The position numbers were made by a program, and so were the translations under genes. Positions 9,832 through 19,631 of a stretch of 64,000 nt of DNA are shown here, piece after piece; the first letter of the stretch is position 1, and the number at the start of each line of letters is the position of its first letter. This DNA comes from Rhodospirillaceae bacterium. GTDB lineage: Bacteria; Pseudomonadota; Alphaproteobacteria; UBA8366. Location: positions 2,196 to 66,195 of the forward strand of contig PBOR01000031.1 of assembly GCA_002724395.1 (NCBI GenBank), in the 5' to 3' direction. The notes under the pieces were generated by a model. It was not told where the DNA came from, ran no database searches, and saw only the letters and a program-made list of their open reading frames with translations.

Positions 9832-10857
9832 ATGGACCCCTTGACACAAGGATTGATCGGAGCGGCCTTGCCGCAAGCGGTAACACCAAATCGCCGCTTG
9901 CTGCTCAGGGCCGGATTTTTGGGTCTAATCGCCGGAATGCTGCCCGACCTCGATGTTTTAATCCGCTCATCGTCGGACCCATTGCTATTTCTGGAATACC
10001 ATCGGCAGTTTTCCCACTCAGTTTTTTTCATTCCGGTTGGTGGGCTAGTTTGTGCCGGACTTTTCTATTTGTTACTTCGTCGCAGGATCGACCTTCCGTT
10101 TAAGATGCTATGGCTCTACAGCACGCTTGGGTACGGTACGCACGGCTTGCTCGACGCCTTTACTTCGTATGGTACTATGTTGGGTTGGCCATTCAGCGAA
10201 GAGCGCGTTTCCTTTGGCATCATTTCTGTTGTCGACCCGCTCTTCACCCTGCCCGTACTAGTATTAGTGCTTCTTGCTGTAACTTATGGAAAGTCTAGGT
10301 TCGCTCTCGTGGCGGTTTTGTGGGCTGGTTTGTACCTTAGTGCAGGAGTGTTACAACGTCATGAGGCAATTAAGATGGGTACCTCGTTGGCCATGTCTCG
10401 AGGTCATATTCCAGTACGTTTAGCCGTCAAACCAAGTTTCGGTAATATTGTGGTGTGGAAAGTGGTTTATGAGACAGGCGAGCGGTTTTTTGTCGATGCA
10501 GTGCGCGTGACGATAGCGCCACGTGTCTTTCCTGGCGCTTCTGTATTTAAGCTTGTTGTCCGGAAAGACTTCCCAATGCTCGGGAAGAATACTCGACAAG
10601 CGTACGATATTGAACGCTTCGCACATTTAAGTGACGGCTATCTGGCTCGAGACCCGTCGGTGGCGGGCCGGATCATTGATGTGCGATATTCGATGATCCC
10701 CAATGAGATTGACGCCCTCTGGTCCATTGGCGTTTCTGTTACGGCCGGTCCAGATGAGCATGTTACTTTCCAGACGCATCGAGGAGACCCGATGGAAGGT
10801 CTCAATCGCTTATGGGCAATGCTGATTGCTCCAGTGTCCGGATTGCAACGCCCCTAA
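9832..10857 (+). CDS. membrane-bound metal-dependent hydrolase (YdjM/DUF457 family)
   Basis: N-terminal MDPLTQGLIGAAL, several TM helices, and conserved H/D residues (HRQFSHS, GTHGLLD). Confidence 0.7.
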   Translation: MDPLTQGLIGAALPQAVTPNRRLLLRAGFLGLIAGMLPDLDVLIRSSSDPLLFLEYHRQFSHSVFFIPVGGLVCAGLFYLLLRRRIDLPFKMLWLYSTLGYGTHGLLDAFTSYGTMLGWPFSEERVSFGIISVVDPLFTLPVLVLVLLAVTYGKSRFALVAVLWAGLYLSAGVLQRHEAIKMGTSLAMSRGHIPVRLAVKPSFGNIVVWKVVYETGERFFVDAVRVTIAPRVFPGASVFKLVVRKDFPMLGKNTRQAYDIERFAHLSDGYLARDPSVAGRIIDVRYSMIPNEIDALWSIGVSVTAGPDEHVTFQTHRGDPMEGLNRLWAMLIAPVSGLQRP

Positions 10858-10889
10858 AACCAATTGTCGAGGCTGGCTTGCTTACGTAT

Positions 10890-11648
10890 CTAATTCACTC
10901 CAACCACATCGCCCAATGCAGGCCCAATTTCTTCATTTAATACAATATCGGCATAGCTATCCAGATCGGTGGGGTCGCGGTTGATTATCACTAGGATTGA
11001 TCCAGTTTGCTTGGCGGCTACGGGAAGGCCGGCGGCCGGGAAGACCTGGAGCGAAGAGCCGATGGAGATGAATAAGTCGGCGGCTTTGGTATGAAGTTCT
11101 GCATCGCGCATTTTATCTTGCGGCATGGATTGGCCGAAGGCAACCGTGGCGGTTTTGATAAGTCCGCCGCAGCGAACACAGTCGGGTGCTTTGTCGTCGC
11201 GTTCAAACACTTCCCTGATCCATTTTAAATCATATTTGGCGCCGCAATTTAGGCAGGAAGCATATGTAGAATTACCATGTAGCTCGATGACTTTCTCTGC
11301 GGGAATACCGGACTTTAAATGAAGCCCATCGGTGTTTTGCGTGATGACTGCAGTGACTTTACCGCTACGCACCAAATTTTCAACCGCCCGATGACCGCGG
11401 TTTGGCTCAGCCTTGGCCATATCGTCATGGCGGAAAAACCTTTGATGCCAATATTCATGGCGCCTTTCCTCGCTCGCCAGAAAATCCTGAAACATGACCG
11501 GTTTGAATTGCTCCCAGATGCCGCCGGGTGAACGGAAGTCGGGAATGCCGGATTCGGTAGAAATGCCCGCGCCAGTAAAGATAACTGCGCGTTTACTTTT
11601 TTCCAGTAGTTTAGCAAATTTAGCGACTTTTTCCGGGTTGTTGAGCAT
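10890..11648 (-). CDS. cobB: NAD-dependent protein deacylase (Sir2 family)
   Basis: GAGISTESGIPDFRSPGGIW, QNTDGLH, zinc ribbon CLNCG...CVRCGG. Confidence 0.88.
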   Translation of the reverse strand: MLNNPEKVAKFAKLLEKSKRAVIFTGAGISTESGIPDFRSPGGIWEQFKPVMFQDFLASEERRHEYWHQRFFRHDDMAKAEPNRGHRAVENLVRSGKVTAVITQNTDGLHLKSGIPAEKVIELHGNSTYASCLNCGAKYDLKWIREVFERDDKAPDCVRCGGLIKTATVAFGQSMPQDKMRDAELHTKAADLFISIGSSLQVFPAAGLPVAAKQTGSILVIINRDPTDLDSYADIVLNEEIGPALGDVVGVN

Positions 11649-11665
11649 CTATCTAAACCCGTGAT

Positions 11666-12688
11666 CTAATTTGACAACTTAATATCAATGTTGTCCGGCA
11701 GGGGCGTGTCTGTATAGAGGTGAATTTTATTTATCGCGCGGCGCTGGCTTTTTGGATTGTCGAGCCAAAGACGCAATAGGTGACGTCGTTTCGCTGGATC
11801 TGGATCATCAAAATATTCTTTCCGGGAATGGAGTATGAGGAAGTTATTCAGGAATTGAATATCACCAGGCTCAAATGCCATGTCTAACCGGAAATCTTCA
11901 TTTTGCGTAAGTGCGTCTATAAAATCAAAGGCAGCGTGATCAACCTTAGTGAACGGCTCACCAGCCAAGTTGCGCCCCCATTCGCTGGGTTTTCTATCAT
12001 AGACGCAGATGAAGCGGCCGTTTACAAAAGAGAAGACCGGGAGTTTCCAGGGAGCGAGACGCGGTTCGCCGTCGGGCTGCGCACCGCGGCGATCATGGGG
12101 GTAACCCTCGTACATCACATCCAACAGATCGGGGCGATTCTCCAGCATGCGATTGTAGATGGCTGCTGAACTAACGATGGAGCTTTCGCCGCCTTCGCGC
12201 GCTTTCTGAAGGCAGAGTAGTGCCACCATATTCGTACCATCCGTATGATAGCGAAGTTCCGATGTGCTGTGATAGCCACGTGCATTTTCGTCGTAGTTTT
12301 TGCCTTCGTCACGAACATCGATGAACCAATCGCCGTCTTTGGTTTGCGGCCAGGGTTTCGCAAAGTGCAGGCCGATACCCCAGAACAGTCGGCGCATTTG
12401 TTGGTAATTATATTTCTCAACGGGGATGCCGCGTAGTATCTGGAAGCCGCGGCCTTCTTCTACCTCATGGGCGAGATCAGCGATAGTTTTGCTAAGTGTG
12501 GGCAGAGGAAAATGTTCTTTGGTGATAACAGGAGCATCAAGACCTGTCGCGTCAACTGCCTGCAAAGCTTTATCTAGTTCGTTGAGCTGTGTTTGACTAA
12601 GCTCATATATCCAGCTTTCACTGCTTCTAAGGTCTGCACCGACCCAGGCAGAGGGGGCTACAACGGGTTTGCCGGGTTCGGAGTTCAT
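11666..12688 (-). CDS. TauD/TfdA-family Fe(II)/2-oxoglutarate dioxygenase
   Basis: HxD iron motif in LRYHTDGTN, distal His in LILHSR; 340-aa family-typical length. Confidence 0.78.
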   Translation of the reverse strand: MNSEPGKPVVAPSAWVGADLRSSESWIYELSQTQLNELDKALQAVDATGLDAPVITKEHFPLPTLSKTIADLAHEVEEGRGFQILRGIPVEKYNYQQMRRLFWGIGLHFAKPWPQTKDGDWFIDVRDEGKNYDENARGYHSTSELRYHTDGTNMVALLCLQKAREGGESSIVSSAAIYNRMLENRPDLLDVMYEGYPHDRRGAQPDGEPRLAPWKLPVFSFVNGRFICVYDRKPSEWGRNLAGEPFTKVDHAAFDFIDALTQNEDFRLDMAFEPGDIQFLNNFLILHSRKEYFDDPDPAKRRHLLRLWLDNPKSQRRAINKIHLYTDTPLPDNIDIKLSN

Positions 12689-12904
12689 TCTAGCTTCTCC
12701 TATTGCGCTAATCTAAAAGCCTAACGGCTGATGGTAGTGTTAACTATTCATCTGTATGGTTCAAAGTTATATCGTGATTCGATACAAAATCGGAAGGACC
12801 CGAGACTTGAATTATAATAATAGTGCCTTTTAGGCTGGATATTCGACGTTTATAGGCGTAAAAGCGTCGGCCTCTGCTGAACAAAGACGAAATTGGAGAT
12901 CGTC

Positions 12905-14290
12905 ATGGCGAAAACATGGAAGCCTGACAGCTGGCGTGAGTACCCTATCCGTCAAGTCCCCGAATATCAGGATCTGGACGAATTAAAGTCTGTGGAGATT
13001 GAATTGGGAGCAATGCCGCCGTTGGTATTTGCTGGTGAGGCGCGGCGTTTGCGTCAACAATTGGCTGAGGTGGCGGAAGGTAGGGCTTTCTTACTGCAGG
13101 GCGGTGATTGCGCAGAAAGCTTTGCGGAGTTCAGCGCCAACAATATTCGTGACAGCTTCAAAGTACTGCTGCAAATGGCCATTGCGCTGACCTTTGGTGC
13201 ATCCTGCCCGGTTGTGAAGGTTGGGCGCATGGCAGGCCAGTTTGCTAAGCCTCGGTCGGAGCCGACTGAGAAGCAGGGCGATGTTGAATTGCCAAGCTAC
13301 CGCGGTGACATCATTAATGGCATCGAGTTCACCGAAGACGCGCGCACACCTGATCCAAAGCGCATGGTCCGTGCTTATAATCAAGCCTCGGCGACCCTAA
13401 ACCTCATCCGTGCGTTCGCACAAGGTGGATTTGCTGATTTACATCAGGTCCATCAATGGAACTTGGATTTTGTGGCAGACAGTCCGGCTAGCGAACGCTA
13501 TGCAGAAATGTCGGCGCGTATTGATGAAGCACTCGGTTTCTTAAAAGCCTGCGGTATTACCGGCGAGGCGGTGCAACAAATCCGCGAGACGGATTTCTAT
13601 ACCAGTCATGAAGCGTTGTTACTCTGGTACGAAGAAGCTATGACGCGCCAGGATAGTCTCACCGGAGATTGGTATGACACCTCCGCGCATTTAGTCTGGA
13701 TTGGCGACAGAACCCGTGACTTAGAAGAGGCGCATGTTGAATTTATGCGTGGCATCGAGAACCCTATCGGTATTAAATGCGGACCAACCCTTGCTGCGGA
13801 TGATTTGTTAAGGCTTCTAGAGGTGCTCAATCCGGCTAATGAAGCGGGGCGTATTACGCTCATATCGCGTATGGGTCATGAGAATGTAGAGAAATATCTA
13901 CCGGGACTTGTTCGGGCAGTTCAAAAAGAAGGTGCAAAGGTGGTTTGGTCTTCCGATCCCATGCACGGCAATATGATTAAGTCAGCGAGCGGCTACAAAA
14001 CGCGTCCGTTCGATCGTATTTTATCGGAAGTGCGTCAGGTTTTTGCCGTTCATCACGCGGAAGGCTCCTACGCAGGCGGTATCCATGTAGAAATGACCGG
14101 TCAGGATGTGACGGAGTGCCTTGGTGGGGCACAGGCGATTAATGAAGAACGTTTGTCTGACCGGTACCACACACATTGTGATCCGCGCTTAAATGCAAAT
14201 CAGGCATTGGAATTGGCCTTCCTGTTAGCCGAAGAGCTAAAGGCATTTCGTGGCAGCAGTGTCGAAAGGAAGGTAGCTGCAGTTGGCTAA
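12905..14290 (+). CDS. class II 3-deoxy-7-phosphoheptulonate (DAHP) synthase
   Basis: N-terminal [19 protein letters not shown], then [31 protein letters not shown]. The ATG at 12905 follows GGAGA. Confidence 0.9.
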   Translation: MAKTWKPDSWREYPIRQVPEYQDLDELKSVEIELGAMPPLVFAGEARRLRQQLAEVAEGRAFLLQGGDCAESFAEFSANNIRDSFKVLLQMAIALTFGASCPVVKVGRMAGQFAKPRSEPTEKQGDVELPSYRGDIINGIEFTEDARTPDPKRMVRAYNQASATLNLIRAFAQGGFADLHQVHQWNLDFVADSPASERYAEMSARIDEALGFLKACGITGEAVQQIRETDFYTSHEALLLWYEEAMTRQDSLTGDWYDTSAHLVWIGDRTRDLEEAHVEFMRGIENPIGIKCGPTLAADDLLRLLEVLNPANEAGRITLISRMGHENVEKYLPGLVRAVQKEGAKVVWSSDPMHGNMIKSASGYKTRPFDRILSEVRQVFAVHHAEGSYAGGIHVEMTGQDVTECLGGAQAINEERLSDRYHTHCDPRLNANQALELAFLLAEELKAFRGSSVERKVAAVG

Positions 14291-14587
14291 TTGCCTGCGC
14301 AGTTTCGTATTTCTCCAGTCTTTCGTCACCCTTTTCTTTTTTAACTTTCACGATGTAGCTAATATTTCTATCAGCGGAGAATCGAAAGTCCTTTTGAGAC
14401 CAACGGAACCATCGTAGTTATAGCTTTACAGCTGCGCGTGCTTATAGCCCGGGTCTACAGTTTTTGTTTGCTATATTTTCAGGTTTTTTTTAGCAAGCGT
14501 GCCTAAAGGTTGATTTTTCATCAATATATAGGATAAGCGGCTCCACAACCGCTTGTGAGAGCTAAGCGATTAGATGAGCAGGATTAA

Positions 14588-16243
14588 ATGACGGATCAAT
14601 TAAAAATTGCATTGGCCCAATTAAACCCAACCGTGGGTGATATAGAGGGTAACTTGGCTATGGTGCGGCAAGCAGTTGCTGAATTGCCAGATGCGGACCT
14701 TATTTTTTTCTCCGAGTTGGTTTTAGCGGGCTATCCGCCAGAGGATCTGGTGCTGAAGCCGTTTTTCCTCGACAAGATTGATGCAGCGGTTCAAACGCTT
14801 TGTGCTGATACTACAAAAGGGGGGCCTGGAATATTGCTGCCGACGCCGTGGCGGGTTGATGGCAAAGTTTATAATTCGGTTTTGCTAATTGACGGTGGTA
14901 GGGTTGTTACCCATCGATTTAAGCATGATTTACCGAATTATGGAGTTTTCGATGAGAAACGGGTGTTTACGCCCGGACCGATGCCGGGTCCTATGAATTT
15001 TCGAGACGTTCGTATTGGCGTGCCAATCTGCGAAGATATCTGGACTCCCGATGTGGTCGAGTGCCTCCAAGAATCCGGCGCAGAAATATTACTAGTGCCA
15101 AACGGTTCGCCCTTTGAACGCGATAAGGTAGATCGAAGGTTGAGTCATGCGGTGGCGCGGGTCCAGGAGACAGGATTGCCATTGGCTTATCTTAATCAGA
15201 TTGGTGGGCAGGATGAGCTTGTTTTCGATGGCGCATCCTTTGTTCTTAATGCGGATTGCAAAATGGCGCTGCAGTTGCCGTCATGGGAGGAGGCCGTTAT
15301 CTCGACGCGCTGGGAGCGACGCGGTGGACGTTGGCATTGCGCAGTTGGGGAGTGTGTAGCGCCGTACGAAGATTTGTCGTCTATATACAATGCGATGGTT
15401 CTAGGGTTACGCGATTATGTAAACAAGGCTGGATTCCGAGGCGTATTATTGGGGCTTTCTGGTGGAATCGATTCTGCCCTCAGTGCGGCGATTGCTGTTG
15501 ACGCGTTGGGTTCTGAACGCGTGCGCTGCGTGATGATGCCGTCACCCTATACAAGTCAGGTAAGCCTTGATGACGCTGCGGAGGCTGCAAAATTAATGGC
15601 TATCCAGTATGACATCGTTTCTATCGAGCCCGCGATGCTTGCTTTCGGAGAAATGCTACAGCCTTTGTTTAAGGGCCATGAGGCGGACGTGACAGAAGAG
15701 AATATTCAAGCACGAAGCCGTGGGCTCTTGCTGATGAGTATATCCAATAAATTTGGCTCTATGCTGCTGACGACTGGAAATAAGTCTGAGATGGCGGTGG
15801 GCTATTCAACATTGTACGGCGATATGAGCGGCGGCTATTCCGTTTTAAAAGATGTATATAAGACCGATGTATTTAAGCTGTCCTTGTGGCGGAATGAGAA
15901 TAATTTGCCGACGTTCTTGGGCCCCGACGGAAGGGTCATTCCCGAGCGAATAATTACTAAGCCGCCATCAGCCGAATTAAAACCGGATCAAACTGACCAG
16001 GACACGTTGCCGCCCTATGATAAGTTAGATGATATTTTGACTTGCCTGATAGAGGACGAAATGAGTGTTGCCGAAATTGCTGCACGTGGGCATACGCCAG
16101 AAACTATCGAGCGAGTTTGGCGTATGTTGGATGGTGCGGAGTATAAGCGTCGTCAATCTCCGCCGGGTGTTAAGATTACTAGCCGCGCCTTTGGGCGAGA
16201 TAGGCGCTATCCGATTACAAACTCATTACGCAAAATCCTTTAG
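14588..16243 (+). CDS. nadE: glutamine-dependent NAD+ synthase
   Basis: N-terminal nitrilase/CN-hydrolase domain (FSELVLAGYPPED, ICEDIW) fused to an NAD synthetase domain with the PP-loop GLSGGIDSAL. Confidence 0.9.
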   Translation: MTDQLKIALAQLNPTVGDIEGNLAMVRQAVAELPDADLIFFSELVLAGYPPEDLVLKPFFLDKIDAAVQTLCADTTKGGPGILLPTPWRVDGKVYNSVLLIDGGRVVTHRFKHDLPNYGVFDEKRVFTPGPMPGPMNFRDVRIGVPICEDIWTPDVVECLQESGAEILLVPNGSPFERDKVDRRLSHAVARVQETGLPLAYLNQIGGQDELVFDGASFVLNADCKMALQLPSWEEAVISTRWERRGGRWHCAVGECVAPYEDLSSIYNAMVLGLRDYVNKAGFRGVLLGLSGGIDSALSAAIAVDALGSERVRCVMMPSPYTSQVSLDDAAEAAKLMAIQYDIVSIEPAMLAFGEMLQPLFKGHEADVTEENIQARSRGLLLMSISNKFGSMLLTTGNKSEMAVGYSTLYGDMSGGYSVLKDVYKTDVFKLSLWRNENNLPTFLGPDGRVIPERIITKPPSAELKPDQTDQDTLPPYDKLDDILTCLIEDEMSVAEIAARGHTPETIERVWRMLDGAEYKRRQSPPGVKITSRAFGRDRRYPITNSLRKIL

Positions 16244-16266
16244 TCGGATAAGAGGGCGACCGACCT

Positions 16267-18180
16267 ATGTCAAATAGACGTGAACGGCGAAGGCAAAAAT
16301 CTCGTAATAAGAAAAATGGGCAACACACACCGTTAGAGGCAGGACCCCCTGCCAAAACTGGCCGTGACCTGATGACAGAGGCAGCGCAGCTTTACGAGAT
16401 GGGAGATATTGACGGGGCAAGATCTACATTCGAGCTGATTATCGGTATGGACCCCGGGCATGCGGACGCCTTATTTGGGCTGGGTGTTCTGGAAGAACAG
16501 GCCGATAATGCTGAGGGCGCAAAAAAACATTACGAGGCCGCTGTTACGAGCGAGCCAAACCATGCACCGTCATTGGTAAACCTAGGTAATGCTCTCCGTA
16601 ATGAAAGGCAATTCGAAGCTGCTATAAAATTACTGGAAAGGGCAGCGGATTTGGCTCCTGAAATTCCGCTAGTCCACAATAATTTTGGGATCGCGTTGCA
16701 TCAGGGAGGCTTGATTGAGCAAGCGATACCAGTTTTTCAAAAAGCATTGGCGTTAGCCCCAGATTTTGCGGAAGCGCATTGTAATTTGGGGGCGGTTTTT
16801 GCGGATTTAGACAAATTTGAGCAAGCTATTGATTGTTTTGAGCGTGCGCTTGAGCTGTTGCCGGATTTTGCACCTGCCATGGCTAACTTAGGTAATGCTT
16901 TAAATGGTTTGCACCGAATTGAAGAAGCGATTAATGCCCTGGAAAAGGCGGTGCAAATCGACCCGAATCTCGCATTTGCCTATGCCAAATTGGCGACTGT
17001 TTATGAAAGAATGAATGACCTTCAAAAATCAGAAGAATATATAAAAAAAGCAAAGAATATAGATCCAAATAATCCCGAGATTTGGATGTTGAATGGAGTA
17101 ATTCTTGGAAGAAATAAAAAAGTATTTGATGGTCTACAAGAAATAGTTAGGTCTATAAAATATTTATATTCACCGAATATTTTATGCAGGGCATATTTTG
17201 AGGCAGGTCATTTGAGTGATCGCCTTGGTAATTACATGGAAGCATATGAATATTATAGTTCCGGGAATTCTTTGATAGAGGAAAGGGTGGCTACGCTAGC
17301 AGTAGACCGCGACCAATATTTGACTGAAATAAATAAAAATATCAATTACTTTGATGAGGTACGCAAATTTAGTAAAATAAAAGAAGACGGTAATATAGAT
17401 TTAGTATTTGTGGTTGGTTTTCCCAGAACAGGAACAACATTATTGGAGCAAATACTGGATTCCCATTCTCTAATACAGACTATTGATGAAAAACCAGTAA
17501 TAGATGATACGATAGAGTACTTACGAGATTCGTTTGGAGAGTATCCTGACTGTTTAGGTAAAATAAACGACTCAAATATAGATAGTATTAGGTCAACCTT
17601 TTTCAGAGAAGTTAGAAAGTATATTGAATTAGATAATAGAAAAACATTAGTATATAAAATGCCATTAAATATAGTGCACGTAGGTCTTATTTATAGGTTA
17701 TTTCCCAAAGCTAAGATTATATTTACCGAACGCCATCCTTGTGATGCCTGTCTTAGCTGTTATATGCAGCATTTCAACTCAAATCGGGCCATGATGCATT
17801 TTACTTCCCTGGAATCGACAGCGAAATTGTATGCTTTGGTGATGGGGCTTTGGCAGCAATATTCAGATATACTACCTATAAAATGGTACGCATTACGTTA
17901 CGAATCCCTGGTGGAAAATTTTGAGGGTACGGTGCGTTCGATGCTGAACTTCTTGGAACTCGAATGGGATGACTCTGTTCTGTCCTATGATCGTCATGCG
18001 CAGAATAGAACTATATTGACGCCGTCTTATTCGCAAGTCACCCAGCCGATTTATACGGATTCTAAAGAGCGTTGGCGACGCTATGAAGAGCAATTAAAGC
18101 CGGTGCTCCCCGTTTTGGAGCCGTTCATTCACCATTTTGGCTATGACATCGAGCCGGCCTCTGACAATCAAGGCTCATGA
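16267..18180 (+). CDS. TPR-repeat protein fused to a sulfotransferase domain
   Basis: About 7 TPR units (AxxxYExAlxxxPnxaxA periodicity), then the sulfotransferase PAPS loop GFPRTGTTLLEQILDSH and ERHPCDACLSCY. Confidence 0.8.
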   Translation: MSNRRERRRQKSRNKKNGQHTPLEAGPPAKTGRDLMTEAAQLYEMGDIDGARSTFELIIGMDPGHADALFGLGVLEEQADNAEGAKKHYEAAVTSEPNHAPSLVNLGNALRNERQFEAAIKLLERAADLAPEIPLVHNNFGIALHQGGLIEQAIPVFQKALALAPDFAEAHCNLGAVFADLDKFEQAIDCFERALELLPDFAPAMANLGNALNGLHRIEEAINALEKAVQIDPNLAFAYAKLATVYERMNDLQKSEEYIKKAKNIDPNNPEIWMLNGVILGRNKKVFDGLQEIVRSIKYLYSPNILCRAYFEAGHLSDRLGNYMEAYEYYSSGNSLIEERVATLAVDRDQYLTEINKNINYFDEVRKFSKIKEDGNIDLVFVVGFPRTGTTLLEQILDSHSLIQTIDEKPVIDDTIEYLRDSFGEYPDCLGKINDSNIDSIRSTFFREVRKYIELDNRKTLVYKMPLNIVHVGLIYRLFPKAKIIFTERHPCDACLSCYMQHFNSNRAMMHFTSLESTAKLYALVMGLWQQYSDILPIKWYALRYESLVENFEGTVRSMLNFLELEWDDSVLSYDRHAQNRTILTPSYSQVTQPIYTDSKERWRRYEEQLKPVLPVLEPFIHHFGYDIEPASDNQGS

Positions 18181-18896
18181 TGTCGCCTACCGTCATCCTT
18201 GTGGAGCCGCAGCTGGGTGAGAACATTGGCTTTACCGCGCGTGCAATGATGAATTGTGGATTGACATCTTTGCGTTTAGTAAAGCCACGTGATGGTTGGC
18301 CAAATCCTGCAGCTCAAGCTGCTGCGGCTGGAGCTGATAAGGTTATCGAAAGCGCTGAGGTTTTTAAAACTGTCGAGAGCGCTATTGAGGACTTGCGGCG
18401 TATCTTTGCAGCGACTGCCCGACGTAGAGAACAGATAAAGCGCGTATTGACGCCGCGATCGGTGGCGCTTGAATTGCGATCCTCGTTGAATTTAGCAGAT
18501 GGTTTATTGTTTGGCCCGGAACGGTCGGGTCTCGACAATGATGCGGTTGCACTTGCGGACGCGGTGATTGAAGTTCCTCTCAACCCTGATTTCAGTTCTC
18601 TGAGTTTGCCGCAAGCCGTTTTGATTGTTGCGTATGAGTGGCGTATGGCTGGTATGTCTGCAGAAAACGAAATGATTGTCTCAAATGATGCAATGCCGGC
18701 AAGTAAAGCCGAGTTACATAGTCTCTTTGCGCGTCTGGAAAGTACCCTAGATGATAGCGGATTTTTTCATGTTGCGGAAAAACGGCCCATTACAGTACGC
18801 AATATTCGAAATATTTTTCAGCGTGCTGGTTTGACGGGCCAGGAGGTACGGACGTTGCAAGGGATCGTTACAAGTCTGCGTCGTTATCAAGGTTAG
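18177..18896 (+). CDS. TrmH/SpoU-family RNA 2'-O-methyltransferase (TrmJ-like)
   Basis: VILVEPQLGENIGFTARAMMNCG, LLFGPERSGL, SLSLPQAVLIVAYEW. The start overlaps the upstream stop (ATGA). Confidence 0.8.
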   Translation: MMSPTVILVEPQLGENIGFTARAMMNCGLTSLRLVKPRDGWPNPAAQAAAAGADKVIESAEVFKTVESAIEDLRRIFAATARRREQIKRVLTPRSVALELRSSLNLADGLLFGPERSGLDNDAVALADAVIEVPLNPDFSSLSLPQAVLIVAYEWRMAGMSAENEMIVSNDAMPASKAELHSLFARLESTLDDSGFFHVAEKRPITVRNIRNIFQRAGLTGQEVRTLQGIVTSLRRYQG

Positions 18897-18904
18897 AGGG
18901 TCGT

Positions 18905-19594
18905 CTAGAATAATCCTAATTGTTTAGTGACTGGAATAGGCTCTACTTCCATTAGAAGCGAAGCATCGTTATTGGCGACTTTGTTTACACGTTTCGAAAC
19001 TGTATGAATTGCAAATGGTCCGGGGTGGGAATTTAAGAGTGCACGCGCGTCATTTGCCGGTGACCTTAGCCAAATCTCAAATTCATCTGGGCTCAAAATA
19101 ACGGGCATCCTGTGATGAATCGGGCGGATATCGGCGGCGGCGGTAGTGGTAAGAATACTGCAGCTCTCAACGGTTGTGCCCTCTGGATCGGGCCAGCTTT
19201 CCCATATAGCAGCAAAGCCAAATAAGTCTTCGAGCGCCAGCCTAATCCGCCAAGGTTGCTTTGTATCACCCTCACCCCGTGTCCATTCGTAAAAGCTATT
19301 GGCTGGGAGGATGCAGCGGCGATTCCGGAAGGCGCTTCGGAAGGCAGTTTTTTCAGTTACGGTTTCGGCCCGTGCATTAATCATACGGCTGCCAATGGAG
19401 GCTTCTTTTGCCCAAGAGGGTATGAGGCCCCATCGAACGTTTTTAAGGATCCGCTTGTTTCCATCAGCCCGAACCGAAGGAACCAAGTGGGTGGGAGCCA
19501 CATTGTAGGATGGACCCAAATTAATTCCTGACTCTGTTTGGAATAGCTTGTTAATGGCGTCCACAGGGGACGTGATGCTGTACCGACCACACAT
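18905..19594 (-). CDS. SOS response-associated peptidase (SRAP/YedK family, abasic-site processing protein)
   Basis: The protein starts with the invariant MCGRYS at the internal ATG (19594). It also has NARAET and FYEW motifs. The longer track ORF (to 19855) is a non-homologous extension. Confidence 0.85.
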   Translation of the reverse strand: MCGRYSITSPVDAINKLFQTESGINLGPSYNVAPTHLVPSVRADGNKRILKNVRWGLIPSWAKEASIGSRMINARAETVTEKTAFRSAFRNRRCILPANSFYEWTRGEGDTKQPWRIRLALEDLFGFAAIWESWPDPEGTTVESCSILTTTAAADIRPIHHRMPVILSPDEFEIWLRSPANDARALLNSHPGPFAIHTVSKRVNKVANNDASLLMEVEPIPVTKQLGLF

Positions 19595-19631
19595 GAAATG
19601 CATAATGCCAAAAAATTCTTGGAGGTGCAGC

